Part shown: positions 18,037 to 27,258 of the stretch, one piece after another
Numbering within the stretch: the first letter of the stretch is position 1
Layout of the letters: each line of letters begins with the position of its first letter
From: Escherichia phage vB_EcoM_G9062
Length of the DNA: 64,000 nucleotides
Reading direction: 5' to 3' (one strand)
Sequence record: NC_054920.1
Notes under the pieces: generated by a model
Seen by the model: the letters and a program-made list of their open reading frames with translations, nothing else
Databases searched by the model: none
What the model was told of the DNA's origin: nothing
Translations under genes and position numbers: made by a program

Positions 18037-18939
18037 TTAAAATTTAAGTAAATCAACGATTTTAATTAATTTTTCACGCTCAGATTTAGCTTTACTACTC
18101 AATCCAGATAGTCTGAAAATTTCATCATCATATTGCTGAATAGAAATATTTAGCTCTTCAATCTGTTTATTAAAATAATCAATTTGTTCAGAATGTTTTT
18201 CGTTACTACGAACTGGTACAGGTTTTGTAGGCAATTTAGTTGAACTGGATTCATCCGGGCGATAAATTAAAATACAACTTGAACCAATAGGGCATTTTGC
18301 ACCAGATGAATATTCTAATGTTCCGGCTTCTTTTAAAACTTCAAAAGCTAAACAGAGATGATGCCCCATATTGACATAATCTGTAGAGTGAGCTCTGATG
18401 TAATAATCATCTCCACGAGTACTAAATTTAAAGCATTTAAGGTCTTCTGTATTATTGGTCTTAAAAATCATTTGTTTATCTAGACCCTTAGCTAATCGAG
18501 CGCCTAATGCTAATAATCGTCGTTGATTTTCCCACAAATCCTCAATCATTTGATCGAATGATAATTTTGGCATTAGTCGACCATAAAGGTCATATCCTTT
18601 ATTATAATTACGAAGGATTTCACTCGCGTTAATACGAGACAACGCTCCAATTTTATTAAGGGCTTTCATAATGCGATTAGATAAACCCATTCCAGACCCG
18701 TTTGTTCGTTGTAAATGTTTTTCTAATCCAAACCCAATATCAACTTTAAATTTATCTAAAATTTCAGCATGAACGTCTCTGTCAATAACATTCAAATCCA
18801 AAGTTGGGTTAAATCTATGAAAAAATTTATCTGGCTCTCCACGACGAAGTACAGTCCATTCATTCAATTTTTTATTAACTAAAGATTTAATTACTGCATT
18901 GACATTATTAATTACTACTGACATATTTTCCTCACTCAA
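18037..18939 (-). CDS. hypothetical protein (300 aa) with C-terminal coiled coil
   Basis: C-terminus FNKQIEELNISIQQYDDEIFRLSGLSSKAKSEREKLIKIVDLL; possible fourth family member. Confidence 0.45.
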   Translation of the reverse strand: MSEENMSVVINNVNAVIKSLVNKKLNEWTVLRRGEPDKFFHRFNPTLDLNVIDRDVHAEILDKFKVDIGFGLEKHLQRTNGSGMGLSNRIMKALNKIGALSRINASEILRNYNKGYDLYGRLMPKLSFDQMIEDLWENQRRLLALGARLAKGLDKQMIFKTNNTEDLKCFKFSTRGDDYYIRAHSTDYVNMGHHLCLAFEVLKEAGTLEYSSGAKCPIGSSCILIYRPDESSSTKLPTKPVPVRSNEKHSEQIDYFNKQIEELNISIQQYDDEIFRLSGLSSKAKSEREKLIKIVDLLKF

Positions 18940-19340
18940 TTTTCAATTTTACTAAATACACAGAATATGATGGAACAGACTATATAAGCACCACACACAG
19001 ATTGAACTAATACCATTCCAAAGAACCAAACAATATTATCAAACAATGTCTGTTTTACGTCGAAAGGACGTAAACTTACAGTAATATTATCGCCTTTTTC
19101 TATTGATGAATACATCTCTGGTGAAATATATTCGCTAAATCTATAACCGTCTTTGAGTTCATATACGGCAATAAACGATAAACTAGACCCCTTTCCTTGA
19201 GTTCCTGTAAGGGTATTAACTACAGTAACATCATAATCTTTATAATGCATATAATCATTAATAGCATAATAACCATATGCAACTACTACACATAAACAAC
19301 ATATCAATAAATTCAATCTTTTAATTATCAACTGTTTCAT
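18936..19340 (-). CDS. membrane protein (134 aa)
   Basis: hydrophobic N-terminal (LLICCLCVVVAYGYYAI) and C-terminal (VWFFGMVLVQSVCGAYIVCSIIFCVF) helices. Confidence 0.45.
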   Translation of the reverse strand: MKQLIIKRLNLLICCLCVVVAYGYYAINDYMHYKDYDVTVVNTLTGTQGKGSSLSFIAVYELKDGYRFSEYISPEMYSSIEKGDNITVSLRPFDVKQTLFDNIVWFFGMVLVQSVCGAYIVCSIIFCVFSKIEN

Positions 19341-19395
19341 AATAATCTCAATTAAAAGGGCTTAGAACCATTATACCATCCTTGGTATAAAGCGG

Positions 19396-19923
19396 TTATG
19401 CGAGTACCGTCTTTAACCGTTCTTCAAACTTCCGAAGAGTATTCTGGCGTTCAGCTCTTTGCTTTTTGTAAGTTTCAATACGCTCTGAAATGAGAGTGTA
19501 TCGTTCATTTACTGATTCTTTCATAAAATCAGGAATTTCACGAGAAGCTTTAATCTCGTCAAATTTATCAATAACTGCTTGCTCTTCAGCAATTAAGTTA
19601 TCATACATCAAAATATCTTTCTTGATGAACTCAATATCTTCTTGAGTTACACGAGATAATTTAGATGCTTTATCCTTTTTGTACTGTTCGTTAGTATCAC
19701 GAGACCAGTGTAATGTACGATTTTTATTCGTATTCTTGTAAATTTCTACAATACCAATCTCATCGATAATAACGATCCAATTCCAACGAGATTTGTAAAT
19801 TTGTCCTCCGTCAACCGTGATTTCACCTCCGATTGAGATGTCATTAAAGAACTTGCTTTGTGCTTCAGATTTAAATTTACCATCGTTGTAATTTACCAGG
19901 TTGAAAATATCTTTAGCGTTCAT
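19396..19923 (-). CDS. hypothetical protein (175 aa)
   Basis: ORF with GGAGGA RBS, downstream of PeSL-like promoter; charged C-terminus. Confidence 0.45.
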   Translation of the reverse strand: MNAKDIFNLVNYNDGKFKSEAQSKFFNDISIGGEITVDGGQIYKSRWNWIVIIDEIGIVEIYKNTNKNRTLHWSRDTNEQYKKDKASKLSRVTQEDIEFIKKDILMYDNLIAEEQAVIDKFDEIKASREIPDFMKESVNERYTLISERIETYKKQRAERQNTLRKFEERLKTVLA

Positions 19924-19951
19924 TTTGTGTTCCTCCGTAGTTGATAGTTGT

Positions 19952-19981
19952 ATAGTACCACAGAGGAACAGTCTTGTAAAC
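19952..19981 (-). promoter_or_regulatory. T4-type early promoter cassette (minus strand GTTTACA ... TACTATAC)
   Basis: plus tgtaaac 19975-19981, atagta 19952-19957; shares gttgatagttgtatagtacca core with the elements at 21874, 25470 and 36138. Confidence 0.5.
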
Positions 19982-19983
19982 CA

Positions 19984-20298
19984 CTAAAAGAAACTTCTTT
20001 CACAATTTTTTCCACTGAACCATGCGCTTACCGCTTTCTTAGTCTCAGGAGCAGTGTTATCCATAAACCATTCAAAGGCAGCCTTTTTATGATTCTGGAG
20101 GGCTTCTCGGGCTTTAATCTGCTCACGGTCTATTAACACTAACATATGAGCCTTTCTTGTCACCATGGGCTTCTTATGATTTTTTGAATACTCCCAGTCA
20201 TTTGTCCATCGCATTGTCGTTGCGAACTTAAATACTGCTTCTTTAATTTTAGTTTCGTAAATTTCACGAGCCTTTGAGTATAACATCATTACCTCCAT
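19984..20298 (-). CDS. hypothetical protein (104 aa)
   Basis: ORF; no motif recognised. Confidence 0.35.
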   Translation of the reverse strand: MEVMMLYSKAREIYETKIKEAVFKFATTMRWTNDWEYSKNHKKPMVTRKAHMLVLIDREQIKAREALQNHKKAAFEWFMDNTAPETKKAVSAWFSGKNCERSFF

Positions 20299-20388
20299 TC
20301 ACCAGTTTAATTCTAGTCATCTTTTTAATGGCAGTCCATATAATCTATTTCTGAACTGCCTTTTTGTCATAGAAGTCCTCTTATGAAT

Positions 20389-21375
20389 TTATTTCAGAAG
20401 AGTAACCTCAGCGATTTCTTCCCAACCGTTTTTGTCGGTCATAATAAAGTCAGCAAGATAAAGAGCAGTACGCAGTGAAACATTGCGTAAACGATTAACA
20501 TTAACTTTCATCCATGATAATGCTTTATAAGTTTCTTCATCAGAAAGACCGCGCTTTTGCATCATGTCGGTTGAAAGAATAACATCTTCAACCCTGACCA
20601 TAATTTCTTCATTAGTGTGAACACCCAAATCTAAATAAACTGAGCGGGACACTAATGCTTGTAAATGTGGAGCAAGTTTAGTACCGCGGTCTAATTCGCG
20701 GTCAATGTCAACGTTTGTGATAAAAACAATCGTTCCTTTAAATTCAAACTCACGGTCAATGCCTTTTTCTTCTAAGTAAGAAGATGCAGTGCTCCAGCAG
20801 ACTTTACGGGTCTCTCCAGTGTCCAGAGCAGCTTTTAGAAGATTAAGAATGTCCATATCAGAGAAAACATCCACATCATCAATCAAAAGGACAGAGTTCT
20901 CTTCACGATTATACCAAAGCTGCTCATAAAGACCAATACCAGAGATTTTACCATTAATGCTTTTATATTCAATGTATCCAATATCGTTTGCTTTATTTAA
21001 AGCTTTATCTAAAGAATACGTTTTACCAATACCTGCTGCGCCAGAGATAATTAATGAACGAATATTTCCATTAATAATACCATTCGTCATCATTCCCATA
21101 ACATTAAATCTTTTATTAATGCGGGTTTTCATATCTTCATATGATTCTTTAACTTCTTCAACTTTTACACCATCATATGAAATATCTGATTTGTAAACCC
21201 AAACACCACGACGTTTACCGTCAATTTCAACAAAAACTTTACCATCTCCTTGTGCATCTACCGGAGCATTATCTGGGAACCATTCGCCTAAGAGCTCAAA
21301 AGTTCCAGAGATTTCTTTACCGAAGTAGATACCCTTATTGATAGTTACAGTTTTCATTTTATTCTCCAATCTCAC
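20389..21375 (-). CDS. P-loop NTPase (AAA-like ATPase), 328 aa
   Basis: Walker A GAAGIGKTYSL and Walker B-like VLLIDDVDVF. Confidence 0.55.
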   Translation of the reverse strand: MRLENKMKTVTINKGIYFGKEISGTFELLGEWFPDNAPVDAQGDGKVFVEIDGKRRGVWVYKSDISYDGVKVEEVKESYEDMKTRINKRFNVMGMMTNGIINGNIRSLIISGAAGIGKTYSLDKALNKANDIGYIEYKSINGKISGIGLYEQLWYNREENSVLLIDDVDVFSDMDILNLLKAALDTGETRKVCWSTASSYLEEKGIDREFEFKGTIVFITNVDIDRELDRGTKLAPHLQALVSRSVYLDLGVHTNEEIMVRVEDVILSTDMMQKRGLSDEETYKALSWMKVNVNRLRNVSLRTALYLADFIMTDKNGWEEIAEVTLLK

Positions 21376-21393
21376 ATTTGTTTTGATAGGGTA

Positions 21394-21423
21394 ATAGTAT
21401 CACACTACTACCCTTTTGTAAAC
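21394..21423 (-). promoter_or_regulatory. T4-type early promoter with stem-loop (PeSL-like)
   Basis: plus tgtaaac 21417-21423, atagta 21394-21399, flanked by agggta ... taccct inverted repeat. Confidence 0.5.
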
Positions 21424-21426
21424 AAT

Positions 21427-21690
21427 TTATTTTAACGTTCGCCAAATTTTTACTGCTTCACGGCGAGATACTTCTACAGCTCCAAGTTCTACAGCTTTTT
21501 GGCGTCGGCGAGCGTGTAAGTCATAATGTTTAATGCGTTTATCTTGAAACCAAGAACGTTTCATTCCTATTGCTTCTGCCATTTCATGAAGCTCTTCAAT
21601 ATCTCCATCAGTGAACATATGACAATTTTTAGTTGGATGACCGCGAAGTTTCCATCCATGATTCATTAAAACATCTACGTAAACTGTCAT
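21427..21690 (-). CDS. hypothetical protein (87 aa)
   Basis: ORF; no motif recognised. Confidence 0.35.
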   Translation of the reverse strand: MTVYVDVLMNHGWKLRGHPTKNCHMFTDGDIEELHEMAEAIGMKRSWFQDKRIKHYDLHARRRQKAVELGAVEVSRREAVKIWRTLK

Positions 21691-21836
21691 TGATTCTTCT
21701 CCAAATAAGTTTCGATAATTTTCTGAGCGAGATAAACTGCATTATCTTCAGTTGCATCTTCTAAGAAACTTTCAAAACACTCTGAAATTTCTTCTGTATC
21801 AATCAACTTTTTTACTTCAATTGGTGTAATTTTCAT
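21687..21836 (-). CDS. small hypothetical protein (49 aa from MKITPIEV)
   Basis: ORF track's upstream part is a read-through translation of the promoter; GGAAAA RBS before the internal ATG. Confidence 0.3.
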   Translation of the reverse strand: MKITPIEVKKLIDTEEISECFESFLEDATEDNAVYLAQKIIETYLEKNQ

Positions 21837-21873
21837 TTTGTTTTTCCGTTTAAGTGTTTGTTTTGATAGTTGT

Positions 21874-21903
21874 ATAGTACCATAAAGCTTTATGCTTGTA
21901 AAC
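21874..21903 (-). promoter_or_regulatory. T4-type early promoter cassette (GTTTACA ... TACTATAC)
   Basis: plus tgtaaac 21897-21903, atagta 21874-21879; upstream A/T tract ttttgtgaaaaattttt. Confidence 0.5.
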
Positions 21904-21926
21904 AATTTTGTGAAAAATTTTTGAAA

Positions 21927-21953
21927 TAAAAAAAGGGAGCCCGAAGGCTCCCT
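21927..21953 (-). terminator. intrinsic terminator (GGGAGCC-UUCG-GGCUCCC + U7)
   Basis: minus-strand perfect 7-bp stem, UUCG loop and UUUUUUUA tail, 2 nt after the stop of ORF 21955..22941. Confidence 0.65.
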
Positions 21954-21954
21954 A

Positions 21955-22941
21955 TCATTTATAATAACTTCGGTGGTTTTCAAGATAAACCCTCTCAAGG
22001 AAGTCATCCCAAAAACCCATGTCTACTTTTTGCTGCATACCGTTCTTAGAAGCTTCAGTAGATGCTGCTTCTACTTGATCGACCACATCTTCCAAAAACT
22101 CTTGAACCGTTTTAAATGGATGTTTACCCAACTTCACGTCGAGAATAAATGGAGCATCTTGGAGTGGATAAACCAAGTCACCAGTTTTGTAAATTTCCAA
22201 TAGTTGGAGTCCACCACGGCAAGCATGGCTCAGAGCTTTCCAGTCAATACCTTCATTGGCTTCGGCCTTACGAGCACGTTCACCGTATTCAGCATCTAAT
22301 TTGTTCAGTGACTGCTTAAGCTCAATAAGAGAAAGCGTTGTCTGATATTTACGACCCAACACTGTGTAGAACGTCTGTGGGCCTGTTTTCTCATGATTAT
22401 GGAACACCCATTCACAGAATTCGTTTTCTGGAAGACGATGCTTAATATCTTCAACTTTAGTACGACGCTGCTTAATAGAACCATCTTCTTGGTAATCAAC
22501 CCATTGCTCAGGGATTTGATTAACTACTTTCAATACATCACGTAATGCAGCCAAACGAGAACCCTTAACGCCGTATTTAGAAGCTTGCTTACGGACATAT
22601 CCTAAATAGGATTTCATGTTAGTCGTATAAAAACGAGAACGGTTGTCTTGAATAAACTTCCACACATCAGGCAAATCAGATTTAACCACTAGTTCAGGTG
22701 GAGTGTGAAGCATATCTAACGCTACAGTTTCACCATCTGCTGCTAATTTAAAGAAATATTTAAGACTGTATAGTTCATGGTCAATATCATCTTTAGTGTT
22801 TTTAGATGATGTGTTGTTAGTGTTTTTACTCATGTGCTCTTTAACATTTCCGATAAGAATATCACGAGCAGGAGGAACAAAGATTTCTTTAAAATCTACA
22901 TCAGATTCTGGGGGTAGAAGTTCCATAAAGATGACTACCAA
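21955..22941 (-). CDS. hypothetical protein (328 aa)
   Basis: large ORF in hypervariable block; start uncertain; no motif recognised. Confidence 0.45.
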   Translation of the reverse strand: MVVIFMELLPPESDVDFKEIFVPPARDILIGNVKEHMSKNTNNTSSKNTKDDIDHELYSLKYFFKLAADGETVALDMLHTPPELVVKSDLPDVWKFIQDNRSRFYTTNMKSYLGYVRKQASKYGVKGSRLAALRDVLKVVNQIPEQWVDYQEDGSIKQRRTKVEDIKHRLPENEFCEWVFHNHEKTGPQTFYTVLGRKYQTTLSLIELKQSLNKLDAEYGERARKAEANEGIDWKALSHACRGGLQLLEIYKTGDLVYPLQDAPFILDVKLGKHPFKTVQEFLEDVVDQVEAASTEASKNGMQQKVDMGFWDDFLERVYLENHRSYYK

Positions 22942-22965
22942 AATAGCTTTTCATTACTGTTTTCA

Positions 22966-23427
22966 TCATTCAGCCTTATATTCAATAACAGGACATACTT
23001 TAGCTTTACGAGCTTTTAAAAATTCAACGATAATCGATTTCTTGGGTTGAATAGGAGGTAAACCTTTATACGCCCTATCAATATTTTCTACGTGTAAAGC
23101 ATAATCCTTTTTCCATTTATAATCTTTATATTTTTCACGCAGTTGTGCAGGAATAACAAATGAACCGATAATAAGTAAAACAAGCAAAATGGCAAGTATA
23201 AATGCTGATGGAATAAGAGTCCATAAACTACCAAAAATAAGCCATTTCTGTATGATTTCTGCGCAGATGATAGTTAGACCTACGAGTATAGTACATCCGA
23301 AAAAAGAAACGAAAAATGTAGGAATAACAATAGACCAAAAATACGCGCACAGTGTCTTAGGTCGTTTCCATTCATCATTAAACATTTTGAATAATTTATA
23401 ATGCCAAGAGTTTTCATTAATAATCAT
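22966..23427 (-). CDS. polytopic membrane protein (153 aa)
   Basis: three or more hydrophobic helices. Confidence 0.45.
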   Translation of the reverse strand: MIINENSWHYKLFKMFNDEWKRPKTLCAYFWSIVIPTFFVSFFGCTILVGLTIICAEIIQKWLIFGSLWTLIPSAFILAILLVLLIIGSFVIPAQLREKYKDYKWKKDYALHVENIDRAYKGLPPIQPKKSIIVEFLKARKAKVCPVIEYKAE

Positions 23428-23429
23428 AA

Positions 23430-23951
23430 TTATCCTTTCATTGAAGGTGTAACAGTTGTTAAATACTTAATCATAGCTTCAGCTTCTGATTTTGATAATG
23501 AAATTTCTCCATTGTTTTGACGAATAGAAATAAAATCCGGATGACGGTCACCACCAGCTTTTAAAACACACATATAAGTATCAGTTTCATCTTCAATATT
23601 TGAAATGATTGAAGCAGTTCCACATGAATGTGGTTTTTGATAAATCAATACAGCTTTTCTTCCACCGTTTGACTGTTCATAAACTTTTAACACATCAAAC
23701 AAATCACTTCTTTTATCAATAGCTAAGATGTTGTTTTCATCTTCAATGTTAAATCCTTCGGATACTTCATAAAGCGTTACCCATAAATCACCTATATCGA
23801 TAGTAGCATTTTCCTTTCCATGACTTTCAAGAGCATGACAAATTTTCTTGATTTCATCATAACTCATTTTAATAATATCATCTCCTTGAATAAGGAAGAT
23901 GTCATTTTTAAATTCAACACGAATTAAACCGCTTCCACTTGAAATAAACAT
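23430..23951 (-). CDS. hypothetical protein (173 aa), paralogue of upstream ORF
   Basis: C-terminus SKSEAEAMIKYLTTVTPSM resembles TKDEAIALKTYLDSAIPTM of ORF 23958..24524. Confidence 0.45.
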   Translation of the reverse strand: MFISSGSGLIRVEFKNDIFLIQGDDIIKMSYDEIKKICHALESHGKENATIDIGDLWVTLYEVSEGFNIEDENNILAIDKRSDLFDVLKVYEQSNGGRKAVLIYQKPHSCGTASIISNIEDETDTYMCVLKAGGDRHPDFISIRQNNGEISLSKSEAEAMIKYLTTVTPSMKG

Positions 23952-23957
23952 ATTTCC

Positions 23958-24524
23958 TCACTTTGAAATCATAGTTGGAATGGCAGAATCAAGATAAGTC
24001 TTTAGCGCAATAGCTTCGTCTTTTGTAAATGTAACAATATGTGCTCGAAAATCGTCAATTTGGCGAATAGTTAAGACATCTCCTTCTTCATAACATTTTG
24101 ATACATTTAAAACAGTTTCATCATTCTGATCGCACTGATCGCAAGCGTTAGTAATAATAGCATTGCAATTTTTGAGCCATTTTAAACTATGTTTTCTTTC
24201 ATTAGAATAATAAAAATATTTAATCTTAGCTATAAAACTATCCCAATGGATAACTGATAAACACATTGACTCACTTTTAATATTAAATCCTGGGCATGAA
24301 GAATAAAAATGAATTTTGTGCTCATCATTGATGCTTACTATTTTATCAGTATAAGGATATTCAATTTGGATTAAATGAACGATTTCACTAGGCGTAAAAT
24401 ATAGCATATCGTCTTCTTGCGTCAAACGATACATGTTATTTACTTTTTCTATAGCCAATTCACCAAAAAGCGGACTAACTTCTAATACTAATCGTTTCAT
24501 ATTGATTCTCTTCGACTCACTCAC
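23958..24524 (-). CDS. hypothetical protein (188 aa), paralogue pair member
   Basis: shared C-terminal motif with ORF 23430..23951. Confidence 0.45.
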   Translation of the reverse strand: MSESKRINMKRLVLEVSPLFGELAIEKVNNMYRLTQEDDMLYFTPSEIVHLIQIEYPYTDKIVSINDEHKIHFYSSCPGFNIKSESMCLSVIHWDSFIAKIKYFYYSNERKHSLKWLKNCNAIITNACDQCDQNDETVLNVSKCYEEGDVLTIRQIDDFRAHIVTFTKDEAIALKTYLDSAIPTMISK

Positions 24525-24659
24525 AATTACATACTCCTTTGAATAATATCAATAATGTTGTTCACCAGATTATAAGTAAACATTGGGTAATTATATTGAA
24601 TCATCACATACACAACAAACAAAACTTTCATTCTCTTCTCCTTGACCGTTGACAAGATT

Positions 24660-24689
24660 ACTATACCATAACCTTGTCAACTTGTAAAC
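24660..24689 (-). promoter_or_regulatory. T4-type early promoter with stem-loop (GTTTACA ... TATAGT)
   Basis: plus tgtaaac 24683-24689; inverted repeats gttgacaag (24652-24660) and cttgtcaac (24676-24684) bracket the -10. Confidence 0.45.
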
Positions 24690-24854
24690 CATTAAATGAC
24701 GTTTTCAATAAAATTCTGAAGCTTTGTGTGAGCATCAACCATAATTTTCATTTCTTCCTTTGCGAAAGCTGTACCTCTTTCCCGAGCAGAATACTCATAG
24801 TCAGAAACTGCATTAGCATATTCTTCAATTAGCTTCATTAAAAACATTTGCTTT

Positions 24855-25085
24855 TCAGTTTTCATTATTCCACCTAATCATTTCAAGATATTGAACTAAC
24901 TTAGCTTTGGATTTATCCAAATCCTTTTTAGCTGCTTCTATACCGTCGTATGAATATCCTTCACAGTGCTCAACTGCCAATTGATATGAATCTATTTCAA
25001 TATCACGTGCTAATTTAATGATTTTTTCAAACTGTTCACGTGTTAGCATACTAAACTCTCGTATTATGATCAATAATTTCATCAA
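24855..25085 (-). CDS. hypothetical protein (76 aa)
   Basis: small ORF. Confidence 0.35.
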   Translation of the reverse strand: MMKLLIIIREFSMLTREQFEKIIKLARDIEIDSYQLAVEHCEGYSYDGIEAAKKDLDKSKAKLVQYLEMIRWNNEN

Positions 25086-25290
25086 GAAACATATCTAACG
25101 CTTCTAAAGCATTATCAACTTTAGCTTCAAATTTTTCAATACCTTTATTTGCAATGCCTGCCGAAAACCAAGCAAAGTCACTAAGTTCCTCATCTGCTTT
25201 GCGAATTAAAGCTACCAATTCTTTAATTTTATCTGCTTGTTCAATTCTAGTCATTATTCCACCACATATGAAAGAGAGAATATTGCACAC
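25051..25290 (-). CDS. hypothetical protein (79 aa)
   Basis: small ORF. Confidence 0.35.
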   Translation of the reverse strand: MCNILSFICGGIMTRIEQADKIKELVALIRKADEELSDFAWFSAGIANKGIEKFEAKVDNALEALDMFLDEIIDHNTRV

Positions 25291-25442
25291 GCCATATGAG
25301 TTGCAGCTTCATCACACATATCATAACGTTTCTTAAGAAGTTCTACAAGTTCTTCACTAGTAACTTCATCCATGTCGACGAAAAAATCACCATTAATGAT
25401 GACGTAGATATTTCCTTCTTGATTGAGTGCTTCAATTTTCAT
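25254..25442 (-). CDS. hypothetical protein (62 aa from [10 protein letters not shown])
   Basis: AAGAGGAGAA RBS precedes the internal ATG; ORF track's first 15 codons translate the promoter. Confidence 0.35.
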   Translation of the reverse strand: MKIEALNQEGNIYVIINGDFFVDMDEVTSEELVELLKKRYDMCDEAATHMACAIFSLSYVVE

Positions 25443-25469
25443 GATGTTCTCCTCTTTATCCGATAGTTG

Positions 25470-25500
25470 TATAGTACCACAGCTCAAACGGAAAGTAAAC
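25470..25500 (-). promoter_or_regulatory. T4-type early promoter cassette (GTTTAC ... TACTATAC)
   Basis: plus gtaaac 25495-25500 and gatagttgtatagtaccacag core. Confidence 0.5.
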
Positions 25501-25510
25501 CGGCAAAATG

Positions 25511-25532
25511 AAAAAAGTCTCCCGAAGGAGAC
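25511..25532 (-). terminator. intrinsic terminator (GUCUCC-UUCG-GGAGAC + U6)
   Basis: minus-strand hairpin with UUCG loop and UUUUUUC tail, after the stop of ORF 25538..25924. Confidence 0.6.
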
Positions 25533-25537
25533 TAATG

Positions 25538-25924
25538 TTATTCGAGGGAAAGAAGATACTTACTCTGGTAAAACATTCCAGTAATATCATCTATCGTGCT
25601 TTGAATGGCTGGAGGCATTTCTTTATAAATGCTGTTAGATTGATCTAGTATGCGATCAATCATTTTAATTGTGTCGGTAGGAAGTTTACTGGCATCTGGA
25701 ATTGAAGGCGTGTATTTTCTACCAGAATACCCCAAATATTGCTCACCAAATTTATCAATCAAATCTGGCAACTCGGAGAAAATAAAATCGTATGCTTTGT
25801 GTCTAGCATAACTTTTAGTTTCAAAATGTGCAGAATGAAAATAAGCTTGTGCAGCCATTAATAAACCTAAGTATTCATCTGCCTTTGAAGGTTTTCCACT
25901 TTGTGAAAAGTCGCTGAATTTCAT
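25538..25924 (-). CDS. hypothetical protein (128 aa), position of T4 rI.-1
   Basis: ORF immediately downstream of rI; synteny only. Confidence 0.4.
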   Translation of the reverse strand: MKFSDFSQSGKPSKADEYLGLLMAAQAYFHSAHFETKSYARHKAYDFIFSELPDLIDKFGEQYLGYSGRKYTPSIPDASKLPTDTIKMIDRILDQSNSIYKEMPPAIQSTIDDITGMFYQSKYLLSLE

Positions 25925-26214
25925 TCAGTCTCCAATTTAATGTTCATAATTCTAGCGTATGATTGTGCCATCTCCGCGCCTCGCTCTATACATTCAAAAT
26001 CGGAAGAGCACGGGTCATTTTTATAAGTCGTTCGCATAAAACTATAGAACTGTTCAGATGATTCTACGCTTTTGTTTTCAAAAAGCATATAAACGTGTCT
26101 AATACCAGATTCCATAAATTTATCAAAATGAGAATCGACATTCGCTTCAATTGGTGGAGATAAAGCAAATGCTAATCCTAGCATGGCAAATAGTGCCGTT
26201 GCTTTTAAGGCCAT
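25921..26214 (-). CDS. rI: lysis inhibition regulator RI (membrane-anchored antiholin)
   Basis: 97 aa; MALKATALFAMLGLAFALSPPIEANVD... signal-anchor N-terminus matches my recollection of T4 RI. Confidence 0.8.
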   Translation of the reverse strand: MALKATALFAMLGLAFALSPPIEANVDSHFDKFMESGIRHVYMLFENKSVESSEQFYSFMRTTYKNDPCSSDFECIERGAEMAQSYARIMNIKLETE

Positions 26215-26226
26215 AAAGGCCTCCTA

Positions 26227-26439
26227 TCATTTTTGTCCTGTATTTACTTTATGCCGATGCACGGCCTTAACTTTATCAAGGTATTTTTCAAAATTTCGCA
26301 ATCTAGTATAGTCTGCCGGAGATTGGTTGAGTGATACTTCTCGACGCAAAGCTGAAATGATATTTCCAACTTCCCTACGAATTTCATCTAATTGAAGAAC
26401 AGTAAGATTGCGAAGTTGCTTTTCAGTTAATTGTAGCAT
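26227..26439 (-). CDS. hypothetical protein (70 aa)
   Basis: small ORF between tk and rI, preceded by a late-promoter motif. Confidence 0.4.
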
Positions 26440-26464
26440 ATATACCCCTTTAGTTAGATAAACC

Positions 26465-26472
26465 TATTTATA
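26465..26472 (-). promoter_or_regulatory. late promoter motif TATAAATA (minus strand)
   Basis: plus tatttata at 26465-26472, about 25 nt upstream of the ORF 26227..26439 start. Confidence 0.4.
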
Positions 26473-26481
26473 ACTTTTGCA

Positions 26482-27063
26482 CTAACCGAGCTTTTTAGTT
26501 AATTCATTCCAATGTTTTCTACACAAAGAAACATAAATTTCATCACCAATACAGATTTGATTACCTTCTTTAACTGGTGTTCCATCTTCCATTAATCGAG
26601 CTGTTATAATAGCTTTTTTACCACAATGACAAACTGCCTTTAGTTCAATAAGTTTATCTGCAATCGCCAAAAGTTCTTTAGAACCTTCAAATAATTTTCC
26701 AGCGAAATCAGTCCTTAGCCCATAAGCCATAACAGGAACATTATATGTATCAACAATTCGACTTAATTGATGCACCTGTTCAGTTTTTAAAAACTGAGCT
26801 TCATCTACAAATACACAATGAATATCTTTTTGTGCTTCAGCCCATTTATAGAACTCAAAAATATCCATATCATCCGTAATAATATTCGCTTCCTGCTTAA
26901 TTCCAATGCGAGAAACGACTTCACAGACAGAATCGCGAGTATCAATAGCAGGCTTAAGAACTAATACACCCATTCCGCGTTCTTTATAATTATGTGCAGC
27001 AGTCAAAAGAGAAGCAGATTTTCCAGCATTCATTGCTGCGTAAGTAAAAATTAAACTCGCCAT
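26482..27063 (-). CDS. tk: thymidine kinase
   Basis: 193 aa; P-loop NAGKSASLL; C-terminal zinc-ribbon cysteines; matches T4 Tk length and N-terminus. Confidence 0.9.
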   Translation of the reverse strand: MASLIFTYAAMNAGKSASLLTAAHNYKERGMGVLVLKPAIDTRDSVCEVVSRIGIKQEANIITDDMDIFEFYKWAEAQKDIHCVFVDEAQFLKTEQVHQLSRIVDTYNVPVMAYGLRTDFAGKLFEGSKELLAIADKLIELKAVCHCGKKAIITARLMEDGTPVKEGNQICIGDEIYVSLCRKHWNELTKKLG

Positions 27064-27072
27064 ATCACCTTC

Positions 27073-27258
27073 TTAAAGCATATTCACATAAGCTATTAAT
27101 TCGTTTTCTTTCTTATCAAACCGATCAGCAAATTCTTCTTGCTGTTCGGGAGATAGCGGGCCGTATTCATCATAAAAGGTGTTTGCTTCTGTATGCTCAT
27201 CTAGAAGTTCATGGATAAGCTCAAACAATTTATCTTTTTGTTCTTTACTCAGACTCAT
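27073..27258 (-). CDS. hypothetical acidic protein (61 aa)
   Basis: small ORF upstream of tk. Confidence 0.35.
   Translation of the reverse strand: MSLSKEQKDKLFELIHELLDEHTEANTFYDEYGPLSPEQQEEFADRFDKKENELIAYVNML

Noticed and set aside
21837-22007. N-terminal extensions in the ORF track (21687..22007, 35831..36214, 25254..25487, 15950..17002, 41835..42446)
   Set aside because: The extended parts are translations of promoter or leader sequence (for example FFTKLFTS from the A/T-rich promoter tract); internal ATGs with good RBSs were used as starts.
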